A stretch of 64,000 nucleotides of DNA. Origin: a virus. The notes under the pieces were generated by a model, which saw only the letters and a program-made list of their open reading frames with translations, had not been told where the DNA came from and ran no database searches. The stretch is taken from the IMG/VR virus record IMGVR_UViG_3300028115_001726, positions 8,671 to 72,670 of that record; one strand, 5' to 3'. Position 1 is the first letter of the stretch; every line of letters begins with the position of its first letter. Positions 1 through 11,000 of this stretch are shown here, one piece after another. A program made the position numbers and the translations under genes.

Positions 1-1
1 A

Positions 2-3000
2 CAACCAGTAAAAAAATACGGTGTGTTAAATATTCCTAGACAGAGCATGTTTGTTAATCGCATTGAAGCTGTAAAACAATTTGTAGAAAGAGCTAATTCT
101 GTTTTAATTAAAAATTTAATCGTTGATAACTATGATTTGACTAAATTACAATCTAAAGATCCATTGCCTATACTAGCATCTCAAAAATTTGATGTAAGTA
201 TTGATGATGTAGAAAATCTTGAATTTGTTGGTACAGCAAAAGTCAAACCTGCTATTGTAACACCTGTTATTGAATTTGGTAAAATTACAAGTGTAATAAT
301 TAATGATAAAGGTAATGGTTACAAAACTGCTCCACTTATAGAAATAGAAACAACAACTGGTAAAGGTGCTAATCTTGAAACTGCTATTAACAGTAATGGA
401 CAACTTATTTCTGTAACAGTAAAAGATTCGGGCTTTGATTACGATAGTACTACATTATTAAAAGCAAGACCGTTCAGTGTTTTAGTCACTGCTGATTCTT
501 CAATTGGAGGAAGATGGGCAATATATGTTTACAATAAAACACAAGCAATTTGGGAAAGATCGGATAACCAAAGTTTTGATACTACTAAATATTGGAATTA
601 TGTAGATTATTACGCTGATGGTTATGGACCTAATACAATTGTAGATAATACAATTGAGGCAAGCTACGAATTATATGCTGTTAATAACAATATTGGCGAT
701 ATTGTAAAGATATCTAATGTTGGCACAGGCGGTTGGTTACTGTTAAAGAAAATTAACGAAATTGACACTGAAGATTACACTGTAAATTATGAAACAATAG
801 GAAGACAAAACGGAACAATAAAATTAAGTTCGTTAATTTATGATTATACTACTAAGACAACAGGATATGATGCCTCTGTTTATGATATTACATTTTACGA
901 CAGAGAACCAGTACAAGAGTTAAGAAATATTATAGATGCTATAGCGCAAGATATATTCATTGGAGATTTAGCAGTTGAATATAACAATCTATTCTTTGCC
1001 GGAATAAAATATGTGTTTAGTGAACAACCTAATGTTGATTGGGCTTTCAAAACAAGTTTTATTAGGGCTAAACATAATGTAGGCGAGTTAGCACAAAAAG
1101 TTGCTTACCAAAACGATAACTTAGAAAATTATCAAGATTATATTAACGAAGTAAAACCCTATAGTTCAAATGTTAGAGAATATATTAGTTCTTATGAAAA
1201 AATTGAACCTAGTCAAAGTGTTATTACAGATTTTGATTTGTCTCCTAGTTACATCGATGGTAATATCACTCCTAGTGCTGCTACTTTTGACGGCACCGAA
1301 GTTGTAAATCTTTGGAACAAATATTTTACATATCCTTACAAGAACTGGACCGATAACAACACCTATGAAGTAATCCGTATTGATGTTATAGACGGAGGAT
1401 CTGGCTTTACTGATACTCCTTATGTCACATTTGAAAATGATAGTACACCTTTATATTCTGGACTTACAGCAAAAGCATATATTTCTAAAGGCAAAGTAAC
1501 AAGTATTGAAATTGTAAACAAAGGAAGCAGATTATACAAAGCTCCTACAGTTACAGTAAGTGGTAACCAAGATATAGATGGCAAGCCTGTTTTAGCATCA
1601 TGTATATTAGGAAATAGTAATGTACGAAGCACACATGTTATAGTAAAATTTGATCGTGTGAGTGGCAAAAAGTATTTTGAAATTCTTGATAAAACAGAAA
1701 CATTTACAGGATCAGGCAACCAAAAGAAATTTATGGTTAAGTGGCCAATGAACATAAAGACAGATTCGTTTACAGTTAAAATAGATGGAGTTGTACAATT
1801 ACAAAATACTTATACTGTTGGTAATCAATTAGATAGAACAAAATTATATGACAGGTACTTTGGATATGTAGAATTTGTTGAGGATCCAGCTTTAAATTCA
1901 ACTGTTGAAATACAATACAAAAAAGATGTTAATCTATTACAAGCGGCAGATAGAATTTTAACAGAATACAAACCAACTTCGGGTATGCCAGGTGTAGAAA
2001 CAAGTCAATTAATGGACGGAGTTGAATACGAAGGTGCGTTGTATGACGGTTTAGATTTTGGCACAGAACAAGGATTTGGTGTTGGAGGATTTAGTGACCT
2101 GCCTTGGGATACATTTGATAACACTTATCAAGATGAAGTGTTAACATTAGATGGTAGTACATCAATTTTACAATTATCAACACCTTTAGAAGATGGAGTA
2201 TCTTATAACATCTATCTTAATGGAGTAAGACAAGATGATCCGCAGTATGACGGTAGCACTATTACTGCTAACAAAAATGCTGTAATGGCAACAGTAGTTG
2301 GCGATGGAGTTACAGATACTATAGATATCAATGGAGCATTTTTTACAACTGACGGTGATCAAGTTATTATTAGAAAAGAGTCCAGCGACGGTTCTTTTGC
2401 TCCAGTTTCAGCTGCTTATGATACAGCATTGTCTGGAGGAGCAATAGATAGATCAACTGCTTCTGGTATACCAGGCGGCGAAGTTATAGTTGACGGCGAT
2501 GGTTTTTACACTCAAAGTGCTTCAAGAGGTCCAGAAGAATTAGTACCTGGTCATGTTACAGACACATTAGACTTATCTGTGTACACTCGCACACCAGATG
2601 GTATAGGACTTATTTCTGTTGCCAATTATGTAACTGATGGTTCAACCGTTGTATTTGAAATGCCAAATACACCTTTTGGCACCGATAATGTAGTAGTAAA
2701 CTATGATGGAAAGTTGTTAGAGAAAAACAACTACACTGTTGATGTTGAATCAAATACTCTTACATTTGATAATGTTCAAGAAGTTTTTGAAGCTAATAAA
2801 TCTATTAGCATTATGACAATAGGAGCAAACGGGTCTAAGTTAATCGATACTCAAACAATAAAATTAACGCAGTTTGATATTGATATTTTAGATTCTTCAG
2901 GATTAGAAATTGAAACAGCAATTAAATATAATACAAATGTTACTGCTATAGTTATTATAAATGGCAAAATAGGTGTTGTTGGTACAGATTACACAACACA

Positions 3001-4858
3001 AAAATTAAACAATAGATTAGGTATTACTATCTTGCCACCAATAGATAGTCCAGACTACAATTTTGAAGTTGGCAATGTAATTCAATATGCTGTATATGAT
3101 AGTGCTATTCAAACTTTCAGTCAAATTTATCAAGATGAATCATGGGATCCTACACTTGTAAATTATTACAAATTTACAGATACAAATATTCCGTTTAATA
3201 ATAAACCGTTAGGACATAATTTACTTGTTATGTGGAGAGCAAATAAACAAGTATTAAGTCCAGGATATAGCATTAGTTATACAACCACAAGCAATAGAAT
3301 TTACTCAATCGATTCTTGGATGTTTGATCCTTTGTCAAATCTAACAAGTGTAGATTTTTTAATATATGTTGACAATGTAAGACTTGACCAACGTTACTGG
3401 GCATGGGATAATGTAAATGGAAGAATTACATTGCTTAACAATGTAATAGCACCAGCAGGTAGCAAATTAGACATCTATGTTTTAAAAGATGCTGAATATT
3501 ATTTTGTTGATACACAATTAACATTTTCTGAACTTGACGGCAGCACTGCAGCTAATTTAGAATTACTTGTACAAGAAGGAGATACTCTATCAATTACAAG
3601 TGCTGCTACAAGCACAACATTTGAAACAAAGGTTAGAAGTATTGTTGACAATGTAGTAACAGTTAGAAGTTACCAAAAAGGATTACGAGACGAATTTGTT
3701 GCCGATGAAAAATTCTATATTACAGCTTCTGGAGCAGATTCTACTGCTTTAGTAATAAGTGATTTACAGTTTATTGAAAGTGATAGTTTGACTATAGATC
3801 CAAGTCTTCCAAATTTACAAGCAAGCGATTTTAAGGTAAGTGTGATGCATTTTAGTAATCACGACATTAATAACTTTTCTAGATATACTTATAATGTTTT
3901 AAATAATTCAATTGTAAACGCAAATTCACCTGAAGCAACTAGACGTAATTTGTTAAGTAACGGAATTGTAGAACTTGAAAAACCAGTGTTGTCTGCTCAG
4001 TATGTTTGGGTAATTAAAAACGGAATAGTTTTACAACCTTCAATTGATTATGTAGTAATGGAAACATTAGATGCTATTAGACTTACTAATATTCCTAACG
4101 AAAATGATCGCATTGATGTATTACATTTCCAAAATAATACAGCATCTCCAAAATTTGGATATAGAATCTTTAGAGACATGTTAGGAAGAACACATTACAA
4201 ACGACTCAATGAAGATAATAGTTATAAATTAGCAGTAGCATTAAAACAATATGATACAAAAATTATATTAGACGATGCTACAGGTATAGTTCAACCAAAC
4301 ACTTTACAAAACATTCCAGGTGTATTATGGGTTGATGGTGAACGTATTGAATATTTTGTAGTAGAAGAAAACACTTTAAGTCAGCTTAGAAGAGGTACTT
4401 TAGGAACTGGAGCAAAAGTAAATTATCCAGTAAATACAAAAGTATACGGACAAGGTATTGACGAAACAATTGATTACAGAGATACATATCAAGTTTATAG
4501 ACAGTTAGCAGATGGTAGTAATACTGTTGTTGATATAGATTTTGAATTTAATAATATTAATGAAATTGAAGTGTTTGTAGGCGGTAGAAAGTTAAGTAAA
4601 GTGGCAGTAGATGTGTATAACAAAACAATAGCACAAGACAGTCCAGAAGCTGACCAAACACAAGATAAAGAGTTTGATGTTATAACAGTTGGCAGCGAAA
4701 AAGTAATCCAATTTGCTACTACTCCAGCTATTGATACAGAAATAAGAATTGTTAAGAAAACAGGTAAAACTTGGTATAATAACGGAACTTCTTTAAGAGA
4801 TAGTAATTCTTCAATTGCTAAATTCTTACGCGGAGCAACTATTGAGCTACCTAAATAA
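2..4858 (+). CDS. Large virion structural protein, probable baseplate wedge subunit (5'-truncated by window edge)
   Basis: Frame is open from position 2 (QPVKKYGVLNIPRQ...). It has two GxGY/F-x-x-x-P-x-V/I beta-rich modules of the kind seen in T4-like marine phage structural proteins, plus DGS(T/N) beta-sandwich repeats, and lies directly upstream of fibre genes. Confidence 0.7.
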   Translation, partial: QPVKKYGVLNIPRQSMFVNRIEAVKQFVERANSVLIKNLIVDNYDLTKLQSKDPLPILASQKFDVSIDDVENLEFVGTAKVKPAIVTPVIEFGKITSVIINDKGNGYKTAPLIEIETTTGKGANLETAINSNGQLISVTVKDSGFDYDSTTLLKARPFSVLVTADSSIGGRWAIYVYNKTQAIWERSDNQSFDTTKYWNYVDYYADGYGPNTIVDNTIEASYELYAVNNNIGDIVKISNVGTGGWLLLKKINEIDTEDYTVNYETIGRQNGTIKLSSLIYDYTTKTTGYDASVYDITFYDREPVQELRNIIDAIAQDIFIGDLAVEYNNLFFAGIKYVFSEQPNVDWAFKTSFIRAKHNVGELAQKVAYQNDNLENYQDYINEVKPYSSNVREYISSYEKIEPSQSVITDFDLSPSYIDGNITPSAATFDGTEVVNLWNKYFTYPYKNWTDNNTYEVIRIDVIDGGSGFTDTPYVTFENDSTPLYSGLTAKAYISKGKVTSIEIVNKGSRLYKAPTVTVSGNQDIDGKPVLASCILGNSNVRSTHVIVKFDRVSGKKYFEILDKTETFTGSGNQKKFMVKWPMNIKTDSFTVKIDGVVQLQNTYTVGNQLDRTKLYDRYFGYVEFVEDPALNSTVEIQYKKDVNLLQAADRILTEYKPTSGMPGVETSQLMDGVEYEGALYDGLDFGTEQGFGVGGFSDLPWDTFDNTYQDEVLTLDGSTSILQLSTPLEDGVSYNIYLNGVRQDDPQYDGSTITANKNAVMATVVGDGVTDTIDINGAFFTTDGDQVIIRKESSDGSFAPVSAAYDTALSGGAIDRSTASGIPGGEVIVDGDGFYTQSASRGPEELVPGHVTDTLDLSVYTRTPDGIGLISVANYVTDGSTVVFEMPNTPFGTDNVVVNYDGKLLEKNNYTVDVESNTLTFDNVQEVFEANKSISIMTIGANGSKLIDTQTIKLTQFDIDILDSSGLEIETAIKYNTNVTAIVIINGKIGVVGTDYTTQKLNNRLGITILPPIDSPDYNFEVGNVIQYAVYDSAIQTFSQIYQDESWDPTLVNYYKFTDTNIPFNNKPLGHNLLVMWRANKQVLSPGYSISYTTTSNRIYSIDSWMFDPLSNLTSVDFLIYVDNVRLDQRYWAWDNVNGRITLLNNVIAPAGSKLDIYVLKDAEYYFVDTQLTFSELDGSTAANLELLVQEGDTLSITSAATSTTFETKVRSIVDNVVTVRSYQKGLRDEFVADEKFYITASGADSTALVISDLQFIESDSLTIDPSLPNLQASDFKVSVMHFSNHDINNFSRYTYNVLNNSIVNANSPEATRRNLLSNGIVELEKPVLSAQYVWVIKNGIVLQPSIDYVVMETLDAIRLTNIPNENDRIDVLHFQNNTASPKFGYRIFRDMLGRTHYKRLNEDNSYKLAVALKQYDTKIILDDATGIVQPNTLQNIPGVLWVDGERIEYFVVEENTLSQLRRGTLGTGAKVNYPVNTKVYGQGIDETIDYRDTYQVYRQLADGSNTVVDIDFEFNNINEIEVFVGGRKLSKVAVDVYNKTIAQDSPEADQTQDKEFDVITVGSEKVIQFATTPAIDTEIRIVKKTGKTWYNNGTSLRDSNSSIAKFLRGATIELPK

Positions 4859-4862
4859 ATAC
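4852..4862 (+). promoter_or_regulatory. T4-like late promoter box (ATAAATAC)
   Basis: TAAATAAATAC overlaps the stop codon, followed by AAGGT and ATG at 4880; resembles the T4 gp55 TATAAATA box. Confidence 0.6.
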
Positions 4863-4879
4863 AGTATAAGGTAAAAAAG

Positions 4880-5488
4880 ATGACACAGTTTAAAGATTTA
4901 AATGGAATACATGTAGAAGGACACATTAAAATTTCTGACCCAACTAGTGGCGAAATTTATGTGAATAAACGCAATGCTATTCATTATGAAAACATGAGTC
5001 TTGCTTTAGCAGAAAGTTTAGCTAATCAAGGTTATGGTTTTGTATACGAAATGAGTTTTGGAAATGGCGGTACAAGCGTTGATCCAACAGGTATTGTTAC
5101 TTATTTAACACCTAACAGCACCGGAACAAATGCTAGTTTGTACAATCAAACATTTACAAAAGTAGTTGATGAAAGAGCTGTAGCAAATACAGATCCAACT
5201 AGAAATAAAACAGAAATTAGACACGTTAGTGGAACAAATTATACCGATGTGCTTGTAAGATGTTTGTTAGATTATGGAGAACCAGCAGGACAAGATGCTT
5301 TTGACACAGCAGGTAGTTCAGAAAATTTATATGTATTTGATGAATTAGGTTTACGTAGTTATTCAGAAAGTGGAACTGGTAGACTAATGACACATGTTAT
5401 TTTTCATCCAGTACAAAAAAGTTTAAACAGGTTAATACAAATTGATTATACAGTTCGTATTCAAAGTTTGAGCGGAATTGAGGGTTAA
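4880..5488 (+). CDS. Baseplate / tail-fibre attachment-type structural protein
   Basis: 202 aa. C-terminal FDELGL...THVIFHPVQKSLNRLIQIDYTVRI resembles fibre-proximal baseplate domains; lies between structural genes. Confidence 0.55.
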   Translation: MTQFKDLNGIHVEGHIKISDPTSGEIYVNKRNAIHYENMSLALAESLANQGYGFVYEMSFGNGGTSVDPTGIVTYLTPNSTGTNASLYNQTFTKVVDERAVANTDPTRNKTEIRHVSGTNYTDVLVRCLLDYGEPAGQDAFDTAGSSENLYVFDELGLRSYSESGTGRLMTHVIFHPVQKSLNRLIQIDYTVRIQSLSGIEG

Positions 5489-5491
5489 TAA

Positions 5492-7594
5492 ATGGCAGAC
5501 TATAGTATTAGATTTACGGATTTTGTAAACAACGGTTCGATTGAAATAGAAGAAAACAGTTTAAATAGTTCAGATACAAGTTTAAAATTACCCGGACAAA
5601 ATTTGTCTGGATATGGATCTTACATCAATACAAACTTTTTACAATTATTAGAAAATTTTGCTAATACTACTGCTCCTATCAACGCCGTTGAAGGTCAATT
5701 ATGGTATGACACAACTGTCGGAGTTGATCAACTCAAAGTTTATGATGGTGCTGCTTGGGTAGCATCAGGTGGTATCAAAAAAGCTCAATCACAGCCACAA
5801 GCAAGTGAAAGTATTATAGGTGATATTTGGATTGATACAGCAAACTTACAAGCATATCTTTATAGTGGTAGTGGCTGGATACTAATTGGACCTGATTATG
5901 CTGAAGGCGCTTCCACTGGTGTAAAAATTGAAAGTATTATAGGCACAAGTGCTGAGTTAGGAACAGACAGACAACATGTAATTTTATCTAGCTATGTAAA
6001 TGATAAAATTGTTTCTATACACAGCAGTTACGAATTTACTCCTAAATTAAAAATAGCTGGATTTCCGTCTGGTACTGTTTTAAAACCAGGTATTAATCTT
6101 CCTTCTGAAACAATTTTTAATGGCAAAGCAGCAAAGTATTATGGCACAGCTGAAAAAGCAGAAAAAATAATTGATTCAACAGGACTGTTATCAATTGAGT
6201 ATAATGATATTGCTAGACTTTCTGTAGCAAACAGATTTGAAAAAGAAATTAAGATTGCTACAAATACTGGTATAACAGTAGGCGAAAACGGTATCTTAAG
6301 TATGAGTATTACTGGATCAACAGCATTTCTTAGAAATAAAGCAACTGATGGTCCTATTGATTTTCAAGTTAATAATGCTGGAGCAAATACTACAGCTTTA
6401 AGAATTACTTCAGAAGGCAAACATGGTATTTTGACTACAGCACCAGACGAAGAATTAGATGTCGTAGGAAATATTCAAGCTAAACCTAATGCTGCTAACC
6501 AAGGCGGTAGAGTTATCGTAAAAAGCATAGCAGATAGTAGTGTATACACAGATTCAACAGCATCTTTAAGTACATTAGGCGGAGTAAGTATTGCCAAAGC
6601 TGTCAATGTTGGAGGAGAAGCGTATTTCAACCAAAATGATACAGACAATACATCTAGCATATATGCTGAAAATATTCAACCGTACACTCCTTCAGTAAAT
6701 AAAATTGGAACAGAAGCATTACCTTATCTTGAAGTACACTCTAACACTTTTTATGGAAATGTAATTGGTAATGTAAGTGGTAATGTCGGCGGCACTGCTA
6801 CAAGTGCAGGTAAATTAGCTCAACCAACAACGTTCCAATTTAGCAGCACAGGAGATGTAACAGCATCAGCACCAATTACATTTGATGGGCAAGTTGGCGG
6901 CACTACAAAAGAATGGACACTAAACGTTGATCCAGCATTTATAGACAATCAAACAGCAACAGGTGTAGTAAACACTCTTACTGACGAAGTATTAATTAAC
7001 CGTAGCGGCGCACTTACAAAAATGACACATCAAACATTTGTAAGCACAATTCCTACATTTGTTTTAGGAATGATTATGCCTTTTGCTGGCACTGTACCTC
7101 CTGATAAATGGGAGTTGTGTCATGGACAAGAGCTCACACGCGGTGGATCTTATGAACAATTATACGAAGTAATTGGCAACTTATACGGAACACCAAGTGA
7201 TCCAGCTACAAAATTTAAAGTACCAGATTTTAGAGGCAGATTTTTAATTGGACATTTAGGAGATGCTACAACAGGCAACCGTGTTCTTAACGATGCTTCT
7301 GCTAATACTGTAGGACTACCAGGCGGTAGTGAATCAGGAGTTATTCAACAAAATCAACTTCCTGATCACCAACATAGTTTACAAGGCGATAACGGAGAGC
7401 AGTATTATAGCACTACTGGTGTTGCTGGTGGTACAGATACAGGTGCTCAAGCACAATCTATTATGGGTACAACAGCAGGAACAGCTAACACTCAAACAGG
7501 TAATATGATAGATGTAGACAATGATCCGTTCTATCATACTCCACCGTTTGTAACAGTTGAATACATTATATATACAGGAGTTTCATTACTATGA
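5492..7594 (+). CDS. Tail fibre / baseplate protein with phage tail-collar domain
   Basis: C-terminal GMIMPFAGTVPPDKWELCHGQ...LYEVIGNLYG...FKVPDFRGRFLIG is the tail-collar signature; N-terminal GYG...NFLQLLENF...GQLWYD anchor. Confidence 0.85.
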   Translation: MADYSIRFTDFVNNGSIEIEENSLNSSDTSLKLPGQNLSGYGSYINTNFLQLLENFANTTAPINAVEGQLWYDTTVGVDQLKVYDGAAWVASGGIKKAQSQPQASESIIGDIWIDTANLQAYLYSGSGWILIGPDYAEGASTGVKIESIIGTSAELGTDRQHVILSSYVNDKIVSIHSSYEFTPKLKIAGFPSGTVLKPGINLPSETIFNGKAAKYYGTAEKAEKIIDSTGLLSIEYNDIARLSVANRFEKEIKIATNTGITVGENGILSMSITGSTAFLRNKATDGPIDFQVNNAGANTTALRITSEGKHGILTTAPDEELDVVGNIQAKPNAANQGGRVIVKSIADSSVYTDSTASLSTLGGVSIAKAVNVGGEAYFNQNDTDNTSSIYAENIQPYTPSVNKIGTEALPYLEVHSNTFYGNVIGNVSGNVGGTATSAGKLAQPTTFQFSSTGDVTASAPITFDGQVGGTTKEWTLNVDPAFIDNQTATGVVNTLTDEVLINRSGALTKMTHQTFVSTIPTFVLGMIMPFAGTVPPDKWELCHGQELTRGGSYEQLYEVIGNLYGTPSDPATKFKVPDFRGRFLIGHLGDATTGNRVLNDASANTVGLPGGSESGVIQQNQLPDHQHSLQGDNGEQYYSTTGVAGGTDTGAQAQSIMGTTAGTANTQTGNMIDVDNDPFYHTPPFVTVEYIIYTGVSLL

Positions 7595-9450
7595 GTTATA
7601 AAATAAACCAATCAGACGGTACACTCTTAGTAGATTTGATTGATGGAAAAATTGACGTTGCTACTACAGATGTAACTCTTGTTGGACGTAACTACACAGG
7701 ATACGGAGAAGCATTTAACGAAAACTTTGTTAAAATTTTAGAAAATTTTGCTTCAACAGTTCAGCCAACTAATCCACTTAGAGGACAAATATGGTATGAC
7801 ACTAGTGTAGGTAGACTAAAGGTATATGACGGCACAGAATTTAGAGGCACTGATACAACTACTTATGCCGCTTTACAACCTAGTATGGTTGCTGGAGATT
7901 TGTGGGTAAATGCTACAACCAAGCAATTGTATTTTTCAGATGGTAGTCAAATTTTTAGAGCAGGTCCAACTTATACTAGAACACAAGGACAAACAGAATG
8001 TGATGCTATAACGCTTACTGACAGCAATGGATTTGATAAAACTGTAGCACGTTGGACAGTAGGTGGTAATTTAGTAGCTATTGTATCAAGTGAAGATTTT
8101 ACTGCTCCTGTCATAGACTCAAATGTTGCTTTAATACCAGGATTTCCTACACAGATAAAAGCAGGGGTTAACATTAATCCAACATATAGTACTTTTGCTT
8201 GGAATGGCACAGCTACTAATGCTAATAACTTAATTGATACAGCAAATAATGTATACTCAGCATCAGATTTCTTACGTGTTTCTCCAAATTTAAATGTTGC
8301 CACATATCAAACTACAAACCAGCATTTACATATTAACAATGACAGAGGACTGCTAGTTGGTGATGTGTCTAGACTCAGTTTATCAACAGATACAACATCT
8401 CTTAATAGAGATATTGTTATTAGATCGTTTAGAGATAATGCTAATATTAAAATTCAAACTAGCACTAGTGGTTCACCTGACGATGCTATTACAATAGATA
8501 CAAGCAATAGACGGGTTGGAATATTTAATGCTGAACCAGCAGCAATGTTACACATTGGAACAAGCGATAGCGCAGCCGAGAATACAAGTATAATTATCGA
8601 AGGTAATTTAACTGTTAGAGGCGATAGTTCTAGCTTAGATGTGTCTACATTAAGAGTAGAAGATAAGCAAATTGAACTAGCAATTACAGATGGTAGTACA
8701 TTACTAACAAATGCCCAGGTAGACGACGGTGGCGTTGTTTTACGTGCTTCTGGAGAAGAGAAAAAATGGACATGGAGAGATTCTACCGATTCTTGGACAG
8801 CGAGTACAAATATAGATGTAGCAGACGGCAGAGTTTACAAAATTAATAATACAACAGTATTAAGTATTAATGAACTACATAACAGTGTTACCCAAGCAAC
8901 TGGACTTGTGCGTGTAGGTACTTTAGAAGAACTTACAGTTGATAACATATCGTTTAACGCTAGTACAATAACAACAACTACTGGACTTAATTTAAACGTT
9001 AACGGTGATATACAATTAGTAGCAACATCTAAAATTCGTAATATTGCTGAACCAGCAGCAGATAATGATGCTGCTACAAAACTATATGTTGACGATGCTA
9101 GTAAAAGCACAGACATATGGCTTTCAGTTGATTCAACAGGATTAACTGATGCCCAAATTGCTGCTTTAGTTAACGATTTAGTTCCTGCTAGTACAAAAAA
9201 TAATGGAGTAAGTGCTAGAGTTCATTGTACATCATATAGCGGAGAGTATACATATAATCCAACTGGATCAGTATCAAAAAGTTTTGTAGCAGTTGATAGT
9301 GCTGGTGTACAAAACCAATCGGTTATAGGAGACTTTAGTTTTACAAATACAACAGATACAGTAACACTTACTGTAACAAGAACATTAAAAAGATTTGAAG
9401 TTGTTGTAGGATCATGGACGTGGCAGGAAAACTTGTCTAGTAGCGTTTAA
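7591..9450 (+). CDS. Tail fibre paralog
   Basis: Same N-terminal LVGRNYTGYGEAFNENFVKILENF...GQIWYD anchor; contains fibre-type DAATKLYVD motif; ATGA overlap with upstream gene. Confidence 0.75.
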   Translation: MSYKINQSDGTLLVDLIDGKIDVATTDVTLVGRNYTGYGEAFNENFVKILENFASTVQPTNPLRGQIWYDTSVGRLKVYDGTEFRGTDTTTYAALQPSMVAGDLWVNATTKQLYFSDGSQIFRAGPTYTRTQGQTECDAITLTDSNGFDKTVARWTVGGNLVAIVSSEDFTAPVIDSNVALIPGFPTQIKAGVNINPTYSTFAWNGTATNANNLIDTANNVYSASDFLRVSPNLNVATYQTTNQHLHINNDRGLLVGDVSRLSLSTDTTSLNRDIVIRSFRDNANIKIQTSTSGSPDDAITIDTSNRRVGIFNAEPAAMLHIGTSDSAAENTSIIIEGNLTVRGDSSSLDVSTLRVEDKQIELAITDGSTLLTNAQVDDGGVVLRASGEEKKWTWRDSTDSWTASTNIDVADGRVYKINNTTVLSINELHNSVTQATGLVRVGTLEELTVDNISFNASTITTTTGLNLNVNGDIQLVATSKIRNIAEPAADNDAATKLYVDDASKSTDIWLSVDSTGLTDAQIAALVNDLVPASTKNNGVSARVHCTSYSGEYTYNPTGSVSKSFVAVDSAGVQNQSVIGDFSFTNTTDTVTLTVTRTLKRFEVVVGSWTWQENLSSSV

Positions 9451-9451
9451 G

Positions 9452-9459
9452 ATAAATAC
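9452..9459 (+). promoter_or_regulatory. T4-like late promoter box
   Basis: GATAAATAC in the intergenic gap, followed by AAGGTGA SD-like element and ATG at 9486. Confidence 0.6.
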
Positions 9460-9485
9460 TTAAAATTACACACAAGGTGAAGTAA

Positions 9486-10970
9486 ATGGCATACATAATT
9501 AATAGATATAGTGGGGCGCAGTTAACAACTGTCGAGGATGGCACAGTTGATGATACAACTGAAATTAAACTAATTGGTAAAAACTACGCAGGTTACGGCG
9601 AACAACAAAACGAAAATTTTTTGTTTTTATTAGAAAATTTTTCAGGAACTAACGCACCAACAAAAGCACTTACAGGTATGCTGTGGTATGACGCTACATC
9701 TGAACGTATTAGAGTGTATGACGGCACACAATACAAAACAGTAAGCGGAGCAGAAGTATCAGCAAATCAACCAACTGGATTATCCGAAGGCGATTTGTGG
9801 TGGAATACAACAACAAATCAATTGTATGCTAAAAATGCCAACGACGAATATAACCTAATTGGACCACAATCAACATCATCAGGTACAACAGAAATGCGTA
9901 CCTTAGATTTAATTGATTCAACACAAAACAAAAGAGAAGTGATTGTTTCCTACAATAATGATGAAATAATTGCTATAATTTCAAGAAACGAATTTACTCC
10001 ACAAGTTTCACAACCAGATGTTACAGGATGGTCATATACAGAATATCCTACAATAAAATCAGGTATTACATTACGAGCAGTTGATAATGATGGTGTATCA
10101 GGTGTTGATTCAACAGGTGAAACTAATCTGTATTGGGGATCGGCAAGTAATGCTCTTAGACTTGGTGGATATTTAGCAAGTGATTATTTAAGATCAAGTA
10201 GTTTACCAAATCCGTTCCCAGAAATAAATTTTGGTGATGCTGGATTTACTATTGGTAATGGTACAGACATAAGACACTTTATTGATGCTGATGGTCAGAC
10301 TCCAGTAATTAAATTAAACAACAATATACTAAACATTAGAGATAGTGGAGATTCTGATCAGTTTACTATTACTAATTCAGCTATATTTCCTGTTACCAGA
10401 TCAACTAATAATTTAGGCGGCCCAATAAACGAATTTGCTAATGTTTATGCTGACACATTTACTGGAACTGCTACACAAGCAAGTACTTTAAATGTAAATG
10501 GAGTATTTAGAGCAGCAGCAACTACTGCGGATCCTAACACTGTAGCAGCTAGAGACGGCAGCGGAAACTTGGTAGCAAACATATTTACTGGTACTGCTAC
10601 TCAAGCACGTTATGCTGATTTAGCTGAAAAATATACAACTGGTGAAACTGAACTAGAACCAGGCACAGCAGTAGCAGTAATAGCTGATGACTGTTGCGAA
10701 GTAGGTCCTGCTAAGTCTAGCGATATATGTATAGGTGTAGTATCAACAGATCCTGCTATTATGATGAATAGTGAAGCCGAAGGTCAATATATTGCCCTTA
10801 AAGGTCGTGTTCCAGTTAAAGTCGAAGGACCAGTCAAAAAAGGACAAGCAATATTTGCTTGGGATAACGGAATTTGTAAAACTGTTGCTACTAGTGCGCT
10901 AGTAGGTGTTGCTCTTGAATCTAACGACGACGAATCAATTAAACTTGTTGAGTGCGTTTTAAAAGTATAA
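9486..10970 (+). CDS. Tail fibre paralog with C-terminal putative autocleaving chaperone (peptidase G2-like) domain
   Basis: Shared N-terminal anchor; C-terminal YADLAEKY...IGVVSTDPAIMMN...IALKGRVPVKVEGPVKKG matches intramolecular-chaperone tails of phage fibres/spikes. Confidence 0.7.
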   Translation: MAYIINRYSGAQLTTVEDGTVDDTTEIKLIGKNYAGYGEQQNENFLFLLENFSGTNAPTKALTGMLWYDATSERIRVYDGTQYKTVSGAEVSANQPTGLSEGDLWWNTTTNQLYAKNANDEYNLIGPQSTSSGTTEMRTLDLIDSTQNKREVIVSYNNDEIIAIISRNEFTPQVSQPDVTGWSYTEYPTIKSGITLRAVDNDGVSGVDSTGETNLYWGSASNALRLGGYLASDYLRSSSLPNPFPEINFGDAGFTIGNGTDIRHFIDADGQTPVIKLNNNILNIRDSGDSDQFTITNSAIFPVTRSTNNLGGPINEFANVYADTFTGTATQASTLNVNGVFRAAATTADPNTVAARDGSGNLVANIFTGTATQARYADLAEKYTTGETELEPGTAVAVIADDCCEVGPAKSSDICIGVVSTDPAIMMNSEAEGQYIALKGRVPVKVEGPVKKGQAIFAWDNGICKTVATSALVGVALESNDDESIKLVECVLKV

Positions 10971-10973
10971 ATA
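10966..10973 (+). promoter_or_regulatory. T4-like late promoter TATAAATA
   Basis: Exact TATAAATA, then AGGAG SD and ATG at 11001. Confidence 0.7.
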
Positions 10974-11000
10974 CACAAGTATTATTAAATAGGAGTTAGC

